From positions 21,286-85,285 of the forward strand of contig JAFYAW010000018.1 of assembly GCA_017540505.1 (NCBI GenBank): a stretch of DNA of 64,000 nucleotides. The letters are read 5' to 3'. Both the position numbers and the translations under genes were made by a program. Each line of letters begins with the position of its first letter. Within the stretch, counting starts at the first letter, position 1. Source of the stretch: Bacteroidales bacterium (GTDB taxonomy: Bacteria; Bacteroidota; Bacteroidia; Bacteroidales; WCHB1-69). Shown here piece by piece: positions 33,887 to 43,409 of the stretch. The notes beneath the pieces were generated by a model, which was not told where the DNA came from, did no database searches, and was given only the letters and a program-made list of their open reading frames with translations.

Positions 33887-35574
33887 AATGTCGTGACATT
33901 AAGGGGTTGGGTGATGGTGTCGTGAAGCATTTCCCGTGCTGTGGTCAGGGCCGCCTCTGACTGTTCATTGCCGCTCAACATGCCGGCAATGGTCCTCACA
34001 CGGGCATCGCCGTCCAGCTGGCGGATATTCGTAATGGTTTGATTTTCTGTGTTTTCTTTGTAAACAAGCAGATGCTGATTTCCACGTACCGCTATCTGTG
34101 GCAGATGCGTGATGGTGACCACCTGATGGTTTTCTGCCAGCAGGCGCATCACTTCGCCGACGCGGTTGGCGGTTTCTCCTGAAATGCCCGTGTCGATCTC
34201 ATCGAAGATGACCGTCGGCAGGAGACGGCTGTCGGTGATGATGGACTTCAGTGCGAGCATCACGCGCGACAGTTCGCCGCCGGAGGCCACCTTGCCAAGG
34301 TCCGCAGGCGCACTGCCACGGTTGGCGGAGAACCAGTATTCCACCTTGTCGGCACCGTTCGCCATCAGCTCGCCACTGTCTGTCAGGAGGATTTCGAACT
34401 TGGCATCCGACATGCCCAGTTGTACGAGCCGTGCATCCACGTCCGCGCTCAGGTTGTCCAGCACTTCTTTGCGCCGCTCGGAAAGCTGGCGGGCCAGGTC
34501 CAGAGTAGCTGACCGCAGCTCATCAATCCTATTGGCCAGGGTGGCCAGCAGCTCCCGATTGTCCTGATAGGCTTCGCTTTCCCGCTGCAGTTTGCTCAAG
34601 ATGTCCAACAGCCCTTGGATATTGTCCACCTGATACTTGTGTTCCAGCGTGTAAATGAGGTCCAAGCGTTCCTGCACCCGCTCCATCTCCTGTGGGTTCA
34701 CATCCACAGCGTCGTATTTTCGGGAGATTTCGTAGGCGATGTCCTGTAATTCCGATTGGGTGCTTTCCAGCCGGTCGCACAGCTCGCGGTACTCTGGTCC
34801 GATGTCGGACAAAGCACGGCATTCGTGCAGTATCTCTTTCAGTTTCAGTAAAATATTGTCGTTATCCTGTTCCGACAACAGCTGGGCGGCCTGGTACAAA
34901 TGGGCCTTGATGTCGCCGGCATGCGTGAGGGTGTTCAGATTCTGCTCCAACAGTTCCTGTTCGTCGGACTGCAGCTGGGCGTTCTCAATCTCCTGAATCG
35001 TAAAGGTATGGAAATCATGTTCCAGCGCAGCTTGCGAGCAGGCTTCCTTGAGGCGTTTCTCTTCCAGAATCGTGTTCTTCAACTCCGTAAGGGAGGATTT
35101 GTAAGATGCCAACAGGGATTGGGTTTTGGCATACTGGTCGATGATGTCCATTTGGAAACCGGAATCCTGCAACAGCAGGTTCTGATGCTGCGAGTGGATG
35201 TCAATAAGTTGGGAGGCCAGTGCTTTGAGCGTGGTGAGATTGACGGGCGTATCGTTGATGAAGGCACGCGACTTGCCGTGCTCGTTGATTTCACGCCGGA
35301 TGATGGTCGTTTCCTGATAGTCCAGATCGTGCTGTTCGAAAAAAGTCTGCATTTCGGGGTTGTCCAGACGGAAGACACCCTCCACGATGCACTTGCGGTT
35401 TTTGTCGTAGAGCACGTCTGTGTCGGCGCGGTTGCCGAGAATGAGTGCCAGAGCCCCTATGAGAATGGATTTCCCCGCGCCGGTCTCACCGGTAATGACC
35501 ACAAAACCCTTGTCGAAACGAATCTCAAGGGCATGTATGAGGGCATAATTCTCAATTTTCAGGGATTGTAGCAT
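33883..35574 (-). CDS. recN: DNA repair protein RecN
   Basis: N-terminal Walker A (ITGETGAGKS), long coiled coil, C-terminal SMC signature (SGGELSRV) and Walker B (IFDEID). Confidence 0.92.
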   Translation of the reverse strand: MLQSLKIENYALIHALEIRFDKGFVVITGETGAGKSILIGALALILGNRADTDVLYDKNRKCIVEGVFRLDNPEMQTFFEQHDLDYQETTIIRREINEHGKSRAFINDTPVNLTTLKALASQLIDIHSQHQNLLLQDSGFQMDIIDQYAKTQSLLASYKSSLTELKNTILEEKRLKEACSQAALEHDFHTFTIQEIENAQLQSDEQELLEQNLNTLTHAGDIKAHLYQAAQLLSEQDNDNILLKLKEILHECRALSDIGPEYRELCDRLESTQSELQDIAYEISRKYDAVDVNPQEMERVQERLDLIYTLEHKYQVDNIQGLLDILSKLQRESEAYQDNRELLATLANRIDELRSATLDLARQLSERRKEVLDNLSADVDARLVQLGMSDAKFEILLTDSGELMANGADKVEYWFSANRGSAPADLGKVASGGELSRVMLALKSIITDSRLLPTVIFDEIDTGISGETANRVGEVMRLLAENHQVVTITHLPQIAVRGNQHLLVYKENTENQTITNIRQLDGDARVRTIAGMLSGNEQSEAALTTAREMLHDTITQPLNVTTL

Positions 35575-35579
35575 GGGCC

Positions 35580-36494
35580 TTACTTGTTGGTCGCGGCATT
35601 GATGGCATCGTAACGGGAGGAGTTGGTGGGGTCGATCTGTTTCATGATGTTGATCACCTGTGTTTTCTCGCTGGGCATTCCCTCCTTGAAGATATTGACA
35701 ATCTCATCGCACTTGGTGGAGGCAATGACCTTCACCATCGACAGGCCGGATTTCTGGGCATTCACCTGCTGCAGCAGACGGAGGCTCTCTAAGATGACGG
35801 CGCGTCCGGCATCGGGTGTTTCGTTCATCACATCCAATCCGAGCCGGTGGTACTGGTAGAAGAACTCGTGCAGTTTGCTGTACTGGCTGTTGGTGAAATT
35901 CTCAATGATCCAATAGCGGTTGCTCTGACCGTTGTCGGCTACACTCCAGCCCTTCTCTTTGGAGGATTGGTTCAGATTCACGATGGACTGGCAGTTGCTA
36001 TAATAGACGGCACCACCGTTCGGTGCAAAGCTGTCGAATTCCACCGCAAGGAACAGGTTGAGGTAAAAGGCAATCAGGGAGGTGAACTGCGAGAGGTTCA
36101 TGTTGTCAGAATACTCCAGCGGGTCGCCCTCGGCGTAGGTGAACTGGATGTGCTTGTCTTGGAAATTCAGTAGGGTGGTCTTATAGCTGGCCTTATAGAC
36201 CGGACGCTGGAGCAGGATGTTCATGGAACCTTCCATCACATCGCCCGACACTTTTGTCAGCGTGATCTGCAGTGCGCACTCGATGCGCTCGTTGGTTTTC
36301 AGCTTGTACTGGCACCATTTGCGGTCATGGATGAACTGGTACAGCTTCTGCTGCAGGTCATTGTACCGCTGCTGGCTGGATCCGCCAGTCACCGCATTGG
36401 CGTTGATGGACACCTGGCACTGGAAGTCCTGGGCATACAGTCCGCCGCAGACGAACGCACACAATAGGATGAGGAATAGCCGTTTCATTGTCAT
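35580..36494 (-). CDS. DUF4835-family protein (conserved between recN and coaBC in Bacteroidota)
   Basis: Signal peptide. The call rests on the conserved gene neighbourhood and size (~300 aa). The family assignment comes from memory of that neighbourhood, not from a search. Confidence 0.55.
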   Translation of the reverse strand: MTMKRLFLILLCAFVCGGLYAQDFQCQVSINANAVTGGSSQQRYNDLQQKLYQFIHDRKWCQYKLKTNERIECALQITLTKVSGDVMEGSMNILLQRPVYKASYKTTLLNFQDKHIQFTYAEGDPLEYSDNMNLSQFTSLIAFYLNLFLAVEFDSFAPNGGAVYYSNCQSIVNLNQSSKEKGWSVADNGQSNRYWIIENFTNSQYSKLHEFFYQYHRLGLDVMNETPDAGRAVILESLRLLQQVNAQKSGLSMVKVIASTKCDEIVNIFKEGMPSEKTQVINIMKQIDPTNSSRYDAINAATNK

Positions 36495-37705
36495 TATTCT
36501 ACTTCGTGAGTCATTATTTTATACACCAGATTCAGGATGTCGTCGGCGATTTCGCGTTTGCTCTTCAGCTCGCTGGTTTCCGTATGGTTGCCTTTGGTCA
36601 TCATCATCACCTGGTTGGTGGCGGTCTTGAAGCCTGCGCCCTTGGTCCGCAACGAGTTCAAAACGATGACATCGGCGTTTTTATTATGCAGTTTGGTGCG
36701 GGCGTTCTCAATTTCATTCTCCGTCTCCAAGGCGAAGCCCACCAGTATCTGGTCGTCGCGCTTCTGCTTTCCGATGCTGGCCAGGATGTCCTTGGTCTTG
36801 CAGAGGTGCAAGTCCAGCCCTTCGGCGTGCTTCTTGATCTTCTCAGGTGCGGGGTTCTCCGGTGTATAGTCGGCCACAGCTGCCGACATGATGCAGATAT
36901 TCTGCTCGTCCACCACATCCATGCAGGCCTGGTACATCTCGGCGGCGGTGGTCACATCACAGCGGTGGATGGCGGGATGCTGCGTCTGCAGGCTCGTGGG
37001 CCCCGTGACCAGCGTGACCTCTGCGCCCTGTTCGGCGGCGGCCTCCGCTATGGAGAAACCCATGAGACCGGAGGAGTGGTTGCCGATGAAGCGGACGGGG
37101 TCGATGGGTTCGTACGTGGGACCGGCGGTGATGAGGATTTTCTGACCGGCAAACCGCTGTTCGGCGGTAAGGTGTTGATTTACTATAGTGAAGATGCGGT
37201 CAGGCTCTTCCATTCTACCGGTGCCCGTACTGCCGCAGGCGAGGAATCCGCTCTGCGGGTCGATGATGTGGCAGCCCCGCTCCTTGAGGAGGCTGATGTT
37301 GTGCTGCACGGCGGCGTTCGCGAACATCTTGTCGTTCATGGCCGGAGCGATGAAGACTGGGCATTGCAGGGCGAGCAGCAGCGTGGACAAGGCGTCGTCG
37401 GCGATGCCGTTGGCGTATTTGCCGATGATGTTGGCTGTGGCCGGTGCCACCACCATGCAGTCGGCCCAGTCGGCCAGGCTGATGTGGTGGGTGTCACGAT
37501 GTTCCGTGGGGTCGAACAGGTCGGCGTACAACTTGTTCTGCGACAGGGTCTCTATCGTCAGCGGCGTGACGAACTCCAGGGCGTGCCGTGTGGCCACCAC
37601 CCGCACATCACAGCCGTTGCTCTTGAACAAGCGGATGAGGTACAGCGACTTATAGGCTGCAATGCCGCCCGTAATCCCGATGACGATGTGTTTGCCGTTC
37701 AGCAT
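36494..37705 (-). CDS. coaBC: Bifunctional phosphopantothenoylcysteine decarboxylase / phosphopantothenate--cysteine ligase
   Basis: N-terminal flavoprotein motif ([15 protein letters not shown]...APATAN) and C-terminal CoaB domain ([22 protein letters not shown]). Confidence 0.92.
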   Translation of the reverse strand: MLNGKHIVIGITGGIAAYKSLYLIRLFKSNGCDVRVVATRHALEFVTPLTIETLSQNKLYADLFDPTEHRDTHHISLADWADCMVVAPATANIIGKYANGIADDALSTLLLALQCPVFIAPAMNDKMFANAAVQHNISLLKERGCHIIDPQSGFLACGSTGTGRMEEPDRIFTIVNQHLTAEQRFAGQKILITAGPTYEPIDPVRFIGNHSSGLMGFSIAEAAAEQGAEVTLVTGPTSLQTQHPAIHRCDVTTAAEMYQACMDVVDEQNICIMSAAVADYTPENPAPEKIKKHAEGLDLHLCKTKDILASIGKQKRDDQILVGFALETENEIENARTKLHNKNADVIVLNSLRTKGAGFKTATNQVMMMTKGNHTETSELKSKREIADDILNLVYKIMTHEVE

Positions 37706-37717
37706 GTTAGCGGTGTT

Positions 37718-38047
37718 TTAGTCCACGTCGGGATCCTTGAAATAGACCTGGTTGTTCTCAAACTCGTACAGGGCGATCTGCGTGGGTTTGGGAAGCTGTT
37801 CGTAGAATTTGGACAATTCGATCTGTTCGCGGTTTTCGTACACCTCCTCCAACGACTCGTTCGTCGGGGAATATTGCTGGGAACTCTCCTGGAACTCCTG
37901 CTTCAGGTCAGAGGCTATCTGATCCGCCCGCTTCGACATGATGACGATGCTCTTGTAGAAATTACCCGTCTCCTTGTCATACTGTCTGATGTCTTTCGTC
38001 TTTGCAAAGAGATCAATTTTAAGTTTTTTGTAATCAGCTGCTTTCAT
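37718..38047 (-). CDS. rpoZ: DNA-directed RNA polymerase subunit omega (Bacteroidota type)
   Basis: 109 aa; N(F/R)YKSIVIMSKRADQI motif; conserved position between bamD and coaBC. Confidence 0.75.
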   Translation of the reverse strand: MKAADYKKLKIDLFAKTKDIRQYDKETGNFYKSIVIMSKRADQIASDLKQEFQESSQQYSPTNESLEEVYENREQIELSKFYEQLPKPTQIALYEFENNQVYFKDPDVD

Positions 38048-38066
38048 TAAAATATTATTTGGTTTG

Positions 38067-38978
38067 TTAATTGTATTTCTGTAACTGTTTCTGAACGTCG
38101 GCGGCTATTTTCTCCACCTCCTTGGTATATTTCGTCTCCCCATAGTTCAGGGTGAGGCGGTTGCAGGCATCCAGGCACGCGCGATAACGCTCGGCCTTCT
38201 TTTTCTCCACACTCTTTCTGGCAAATTCGTAATTGTTCAGCACCAGATAATAAATCGCCTCCGGCATCAGCGGAGAGTAGGCATATTCATTGAAGAAGTT
38301 CTTTGCCGCAATCTGACAGGCTTCGTAATGGTCTGTGTTATAATATAGTTTCAAAATCTCCAAATCCTTGCGGGCCAGTTTCAGACGCAATGCGTCCAGC
38401 ATCACGTTGCACTCCTCCACATGTTTCGAATTGGGATAGGCGATCAGGAATGCCTTGATTTGCTCGATGGCGTACTCGGTGTTGCTCTGGTCCAGATTGT
38501 AGTCGGCACTGGACTTGTTGATGGCGGAGATGCAGTAGTAGAAAGCGTCCTCCGTGCGGTCGCTGTTGGGGTAGCGCTTCACATAGTCGCGGAAATGGAA
38601 GGCGGCCATCGTGTAGTCGGTGTTCATGTAGTAGCAATGGGCGAAGAGGAAGAGGATGGTGTCGGCGCGGGGCGTGCCCAAGGAGAGGGGATACAGATCT
38701 TCAAAAAGGCCGGCAGCGGAGAGATACTGTTGGTTGTTATAATACCGCATGGCCCTCGCGTAGTTGGCCTCGAAGCTCTCGAATGTGACCTTCTTGGCAC
38801 CCTTGGAGAGGCGCTCCTTTTTGGGCTTGGCAGCCTTCTGCGACGGCTTAGAGGTGTCCTGCACCGACAGCACCGTGTACGGGTTTTCGGAGAAAACAGC
38901 CGTAAAATCCGCGGCACAAACGTCCACAGAAGCAGCCAACAGTATTATTATCAATAACTTACAACTCTTCTTAACCAT
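38067..38978 (-). CDS. bamD: Outer membrane protein assembly factor BamD (TPR lipoprotein)
   Basis: Signal peptide; TPR-like repeats (YYNNQQYLSAAGLFEDL, YMNTDYTMAAFHFRDYVKRYPNS); conserved synteny. Confidence 0.75.
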   Translation of the reverse strand: MVKKSCKLLIIILLAASVDVCAADFTAVFSENPYTVLSVQDTSKPSQKAAKPKKERLSKGAKKVTFESFEANYARAMRYYNNQQYLSAAGLFEDLYPLSLGTPRADTILFLFAHCYYMNTDYTMAAFHFRDYVKRYPNSDRTEDAFYYCISAINKSSADYNLDQSNTEYAIEQIKAFLIAYPNSKHVEECNVMLDALRLKLARKDLEILKLYYNTDHYEACQIAAKNFFNEYAYSPLMPEAIYYLVLNNYEFARKSVEKKKAERYRACLDACNRLTLNYGETKYTKEVEKIAADVQKQLQKYN

Positions 38979-38994
38979 AGTAAATCAAACGTTG

Positions 38995-39002
38995 CAAAGA
39001 TA
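38995..39002 (-). promoter_or_regulatory. -7 box TATCTTTG (minus strand) for the bamD operon
   Basis: Reverse complement of CAAAGATA, 17 nt upstream of the ATG at 38978. Confidence 0.55.
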
Positions 39003-39046
39003 CAAAAAAAGATACAAAATATTTCCGATGGATGTTTCATTTTTTT

Positions 39047-39054
39047 TATTTTTG
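39047..39054 (+). promoter_or_regulatory. -7 box TATTTTTG
   Basis: TAnnTTTG 53 nt upstream of the ATG at 39107. Confidence 0.55.
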
Positions 39055-39106
39055 CAACCTGAAAATCCTTCAACCCAGTACCCGTTGATTTAGCAATCGT
39101 AGCAAA

Positions 39107-41569
39107 ATGTCAAACACCCACCGCATCCTGCTCCTGCTGGCGTTCGCCTTTTCCATGTCGGCCCTGTTCGGGCAGCGCACCTACACGCTGCACGGTGTGG
39201 TGCTGGATAGTGCCAGCCACAGCCGGGTGGCCTTCGTCAATGTGGGCCTTTTTACGGCGGACTCTACCCGCACGATGGCGGGAGCCGCCGTCACCGACCA
39301 GAACGGGCGTTTCACCATCGCAGACGCGCCGGCGGGCGACTACCTGCTGAAGCTGTCGCTGATAGGCTATGACGTGCGTACCGTGCCTGTCACTGTGGGC
39401 GGGGAGGAGGCGCATGTCCGTCTCCGACCGGTGGCCCTGAAGAAAGGGAACACCACGTTGGGCGAGGTCAGCATTGTGACTGAAAGGCCCGTATTCATGG
39501 TGGAGGGGGAGAAGACCATGTACAACGTGTCGGACGACCCGACCATACAGTCGGGCACCGCCTCCGACGCCCTGCAGAACACCCCGGGCGTGGAGGTGGA
39601 CATTGAGGGCAACATCACCCTGCACGGTGCTTCCTCGGTGGAGATCTGGATGAACGACAAACCTTCCAATCTCACGGAGGACAACCTCAAGAACTTCATC
39701 CGCCAGCTGCCCGCCAACGCGTTGGAACGCATTGAGGTAATTAACAATCCGTCAGCTAAATACAATACGGAGGCCGATGCTATCATCAACATCGTTTTAG
39801 CGGGCAACATCAAAAAGAACAGCTTCATCAGCTTCGGCGTGACGGGCTCCTCCCGACCGGAAGTCAACCCGTGGGTGTCATACGTGTGGGCCAACGAGAA
39901 GCTGTCGCTGAACTTCTACCTCAGCGGGCGTTACAACTTCCAGAACAGCATCAGCGAATCCTACGCCACCCGTTTCAATCACGAGGGCGACACCTCCAGC
40001 AACGGCCATGGCAGCGGCCAGTCCATAACGCACAATTTCTCAACCTCTTTCAGTTTCAACGGCAGCTACACATTCGACACTTTGAATACGATGAGCTTCT
40101 GGGCGGGCACCTATCCGTCGTGGAGCCGCTACAGCAACGATCAGAATGTGTTCCGTCGGGAATATCTGGAGCCTTCGGCGGGCCTCTACGCCTACATCAC
40201 CGACGCCGCCAACCGGTCGTTCTCAGCGGGTGCCTACGGGGGAATGTGGTTCCTCCATCGTTTTGACCGCCAGGGCCATGAGCTGAAAGCGAACATGTCG
40301 GGCAATTTCAACCGAAGCCAGTCTTTTTCGGAAGAAATCCGCGACTATATGTTGCAGGATTTTATGGATTATCATAAAAAGAAAACCAACAACGGGCTCA
40401 ACTACAGCGTTCGTGCCAGCCTCGACTACTCCCGTCCCTTTGCCCGCAACCATGAACTGTCGGTCGGGATGGAGGGCAGCTACCGGCAAAACAGCGGCTT
40501 GAGCTCATCGGACACGTTGGTGATGAACACGGCGGACGTGTTCCTGCTGGACTCTCTGCGCTTGAAAGACACGCGCACCCAAAACGGTGGGGTCAGTGTT
40601 TTCGCCACCCTCCAGCACAAGTTCGGCAACTTCACTGTGAAAGAGGGCCTCCGTATCCGATACAACCATGAGGTCTATCAGATTTTCAACTCCCCGAAAG
40701 ACAATGTCATACAGAACAAGCTGAGTTATTTCCCCTCCCTGCATTTGAGCTACCGGACAAAATCCATGCACAACTTCCGGCTGAGTTACACTTATCGCAT
40801 CAAACATCCCGATGCCTCCAGGCTCAGCCCGTTCATCAGCTATGGGGAGGATTCGTACAGCATGGGGAATCCTGAGCTGGACGCCACCCAGACGCACAAT
40901 GTGGAGTTCAACTGGACCAAATTCGTGAAAAAATTCGGAAATCTCGGACTCTCGGCCTATTTCAAGCATACGGGACAGAAGGTGAACACGTTGACGGACG
41001 TGGCCTACAGCGACATTTTCGGGCGCGTGGTCACGTTCACCATGCCGGTGAATGCGGGCACCACCTTGAACACAGGGGCCTCGTTCAACATGAACTACCG
41101 GCTGAAGACCTTCATGAGTATCCGCTTTTACGCCAACATCTACTACGAACATTCGGAATACCGCTTCCGCAACGAGCCCGATCCGCGCATCTTCTCCCAT
41201 GTGGGATATAGTTTCCGCCTTAACTATTGGGCCAAGCTCTGGAAGGTTTTAGAGGTGTTCGCCTCCGCCAACTACCGATCCAAGAGTGTGTCGCTGTTCA
41301 CTACTACGAGGCCTCGCTACTCCATCGATTGCGGCCTTCGGGCGGATCTGCTGCAGCGTAAAATCTCGCTCCATCTGAATGTGAGCGACATCTTCAATTG
41401 GAACCGGTCGGCCACAGCGGAGGACAACCCCTATTATGTTGTCCGTTCGTCCACTAAGTACAACAGCCGTTTCATCAGTGCGGGCATCACACTGCGTTTC
41501 GGAAAGATGGAATTGGAAAAGAAGGCGCAGAACAGCGGGCCGTCCGAGATTGAGGAAAGCGACGAATAG
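39107..41569 (+). CDS. Outer-membrane beta-barrel family protein (TonB-dependent receptor-like)
   Basis: Signal peptide; CarboxypepD_reg-like domain (LHGVVLDSASHSRVAFVNVGL); plug-like segment (TPGVEVDIEGNITLHG); long beta-barrel. Confidence 0.8.
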   Translation: MSNTHRILLLLAFAFSMSALFGQRTYTLHGVVLDSASHSRVAFVNVGLFTADSTRTMAGAAVTDQNGRFTIADAPAGDYLLKLSLIGYDVRTVPVTVGGEEAHVRLRPVALKKGNTTLGEVSIVTERPVFMVEGEKTMYNVSDDPTIQSGTASDALQNTPGVEVDIEGNITLHGASSVEIWMNDKPSNLTEDNLKNFIRQLPANALERIEVINNPSAKYNTEADAIINIVLAGNIKKNSFISFGVTGSSRPEVNPWVSYVWANEKLSLNFYLSGRYNFQNSISESYATRFNHEGDTSSNGHGSGQSITHNFSTSFSFNGSYTFDTLNTMSFWAGTYPSWSRYSNDQNVFRREYLEPSAGLYAYITDAANRSFSAGAYGGMWFLHRFDRQGHELKANMSGNFNRSQSFSEEIRDYMLQDFMDYHKKKTNNGLNYSVRASLDYSRPFARNHELSVGMEGSYRQNSGLSSSDTLVMNTADVFLLDSLRLKDTRTQNGGVSVFATLQHKFGNFTVKEGLRIRYNHEVYQIFNSPKDNVIQNKLSYFPSLHLSYRTKSMHNFRLSYTYRIKHPDASRLSPFISYGEDSYSMGNPELDATQTHNVEFNWTKFVKKFGNLGLSAYFKHTGQKVNTLTDVAYSDIFGRVVTFTMPVNAGTTLNTGASFNMNYRLKTFMSIRFYANIYYEHSEYRFRNEPDPRIFSHVGYSFRLNYWAKLWKVLEVFASANYRSKSVSLFTTTRPRYSIDCGLRADLLQRKISLHLNVSDIFNWNRSATAEDNPYYVVRSSTKYNSRFISAGITLRFGKMELEKKAQNSGPSEIEESDE

Positions 41570-41587
41570 CGGAGTCCTAATTACTGA

Positions 41588-42232
41588 TTACTGGCAGAAG
41601 ACGTATTGGAGAATGTTGGCACCCATCTGCAGGGCTTTGGTGCGGGTGGCTTCCGAGTCTTTGTGCACGATGTAGTCCTCCCAGCCGTCGCCCAAGTCGC
41701 ACTCATACGTGAACAGGAACACCATGCGTCCCTCCCAGAAAAGAGCGAACGCTTGGGGCGGCTTGTTGTCGTGCTCGTGGATTTTAGGTAATCCGTTCGG
41801 GAATTTGTATTTCTGATGGAAAATCGGATGGTTGAAGGGCAGTTCCACGAGGTCGAGTTCCGGGAACACCTTCTTCATCTCCTTGCGGATGAAGGTGGAG
41901 AGTCCGTAGTTGTCGTCCGCGTGCAGGAACCCGCCCGACATGAGGTAGAGGCGCAGGTTTTCGGCCTCAGCCTCGCTGAAGACCACGTTGCCGTGTCCGG
42001 TCATGTGGACGAAAGGGTATTGGAAGATGTCGGCACTGCCCACCTCCACGGTGGCGGGTTTGAGGTCGAGCGACATGCCGAGGTTGATATTGCAGAACTT
42101 GATCAGGTTGGGCAGCGAGGTGGGGTTGGCGTACCAGTCGCCGCCGCCGTTGTACTTGAGCAGGGCAATCTGCTGTGCGGGGGCCGTGAGGCACAGGACG
42201 CAGTACATCAGTCCGAAGAGATATTTTTTCAT
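41588..42232 (-). CDS. DUF4159 domain protein
   Basis: Start at MKKYLFGL, because the -7 box at 42258-42265 lies downstream of the longer ORF's ATG. LLKYNGGGDWYANPTSLPNL motif. Confidence 0.7.
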   Translation of the reverse strand: MKKYLFGLMYCVLCLTAPAQQIALLKYNGGGDWYANPTSLPNLIKFCNINLGMSLDLKPATVEVGSADIFQYPFVHMTGHGNVVFSEAEAENLRLYLMSGGFLHADDNYGLSTFIRKEMKKVFPELDLVELPFNHPIFHQKYKFPNGLPKIHEHDNKPPQAFALFWEGRMVFLFTYECDLGDGWEDYIVHKDSEATRTKALQMGANILQYVFCQ

Positions 42233-42257
42233 ATTCAGGGTATCCAAAAAAAGCCTG

Positions 42258-42265
42258 CAAAAGTA
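42258..42265 (-). promoter_or_regulatory. -7 box TACTTTTG (minus strand)
   Basis: Reverse complement of CAAAAGTA, 26 nt upstream of the ATG at 42232. Confidence 0.55.
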
Positions 42266-42324
42266 CATAATTTTTGGAAAAGTGGAAAAGAGTCAAGCTG
42301 AAAGTGGGGTGTGCAAAAAAGTGT

Positions 42325-42332
42325 TATTTTTG
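42325..42332 (+). promoter_or_regulatory. -7 box TATTTTTG
   Basis: TAnnTTTG 44 nt upstream of the tsaC ATG. Confidence 0.55.
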
Positions 42333-42375
42333 CGGCTGCAAATCTTTGGTTTGCCATTGCTAATGAACTACTGAT

Positions 42376-42939
42376 ATGGAACAAGAAATCGAACGGTGTG
42401 CGGCGTTGCTGCGTGAGGGCAAAGTGCTGCTTTATCCCACCGATACGGTGTGGGGCATCGGGTGCGACGCCACCAACGAGGAGGCCGTCGCGGCCATTTA
42501 CCGCATCAAACAGCGTAATGAGAAGAAGAGCATGATCATCCTGTTGGACTCGGCGGAGCGTCTGCCCCATTATGTGGAGCAAATCCCGCTGATTGCCTGG
42601 GACCTGATCCCGCACATCTCGCGCCCCACCACCTTCATCTATCCCACTGCCAAGAATCTACCCGCCAAGCTGGTCCATGACGACGGCACCATTGCCATAC
42701 GGATTACAAGCAACGAGTTCTGCCGTAAGCTCATCCGCGCTCTCGGCAAGCCCATCGTCTCCACCTCCGCCAATATCGCCGGCGAGCCCACCCCCAAGAC
42801 CTTCGAGGACATCTCCCCGGAAGTCATCCGCCAGATGGACCATGTGGTGCCGCACGAGCTCGCCAGCTCCATCGACTACAAGCCCTCCCGCCTGATCAAA
42901 TTCCTTGACGACTACAATTTCACCATCCTCAGAGACTGA
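42376..42939 (+). CDS. tsaC: L-threonylcarbamoyladenylate synthase (YrdC/TsaC type)
   Basis: LLYPTDTVWGIGCDATNEEAV, KQRNEKKSMIIL and STSANIAGEP motifs; 187 aa. Confidence 0.88.
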   Translation: MEQEIERCAALLREGKVLLYPTDTVWGIGCDATNEEAVAAIYRIKQRNEKKSMIILLDSAERLPHYVEQIPLIAWDLIPHISRPTTFIYPTAKNLPAKLVHDDGTIAIRITSNEFCRKLIRALGKPIVSTSANIAGEPTPKTFEDISPEVIRQMDHVVPHELASSIDYKPSRLIKFLDDYNFTILRD

Positions 42940-42944
42940 TTATT

Positions 42945-43409
42945 ATGAAAAATATAGCTTTGTTCGCCGGTTCCTTCTGCCCTTTCACCAAAGGACACGA
43001 GGATATTGTTCGGAAAGCCCTGCCGCTCTTCGATCATCTGTACATTGCTCTCGGCCACAACCCCGCCAAAGTGGACATTTTTCCTGTGGAGCAGCGTCTC
43101 CAGTGGATCCGTGACCTGTACAACGGGGAACCGAAGGTGACCGTCATGGCGTATGAGGGACTTACCACGGACCTCTGCCGGCAGCTTGGGGCCAACTATC
43201 TGGTGCGGGGTGTGCGCAACGCCACCGACTTCGCCGCCGAAGAGGAGCTGCGTCGGATTAATCTGACCCTGAATCCCGAGGTGGAGACCATCTTCATCCC
43301 ATGCTCCCCCGAGTGGGCCATTGTATCCTCCTCGCTGGTGCGGGAGTTGTGGTCCCTGCACGCCGACTACTCCGCCTTTCTATCCTACAAACTTCCAGAA
43401 AAATCCTGA
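42945..43409 (+). CDS. coaD: Pantetheine-phosphate adenylyltransferase
   Basis: ALFAGSFCPFTKGHEDIV (HxGH-type); ISSSLVRE-like motif; 154 aa. Confidence 0.9.
   Translation: MKNIALFAGSFCPFTKGHEDIVRKALPLFDHLYIALGHNPAKVDIFPVEQRLQWIRDLYNGEPKVTVMAYEGLTTDLCRQLGANYLVRGVRNATDFAAEEELRRINLTLNPEVETIFIPCSPEWAIVSSSLVRELWSLHADYSAFLSYKLPEKS

Noticed and set aside
36488-38050. 520-aa plus-strand ORF
   Set aside because: It is antisense to coaBC and rpoZ, both recognisable by motif and synteny. It has the same low-complexity shadow-frame composition.
30399-38978. Ten tightly packed or overlapping minus-strand genes (bamD to the O-antigen ligase) as a possible novel system
   Set aside because: The block bamD-rpoZ-coaBC-DUF4835-recN is a well-conserved housekeeping arrangement in Bacteroidota. 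The remaining genes (xseB, the methyltransferase, trmD) are ordinary. Tight packing alone is not unusual.
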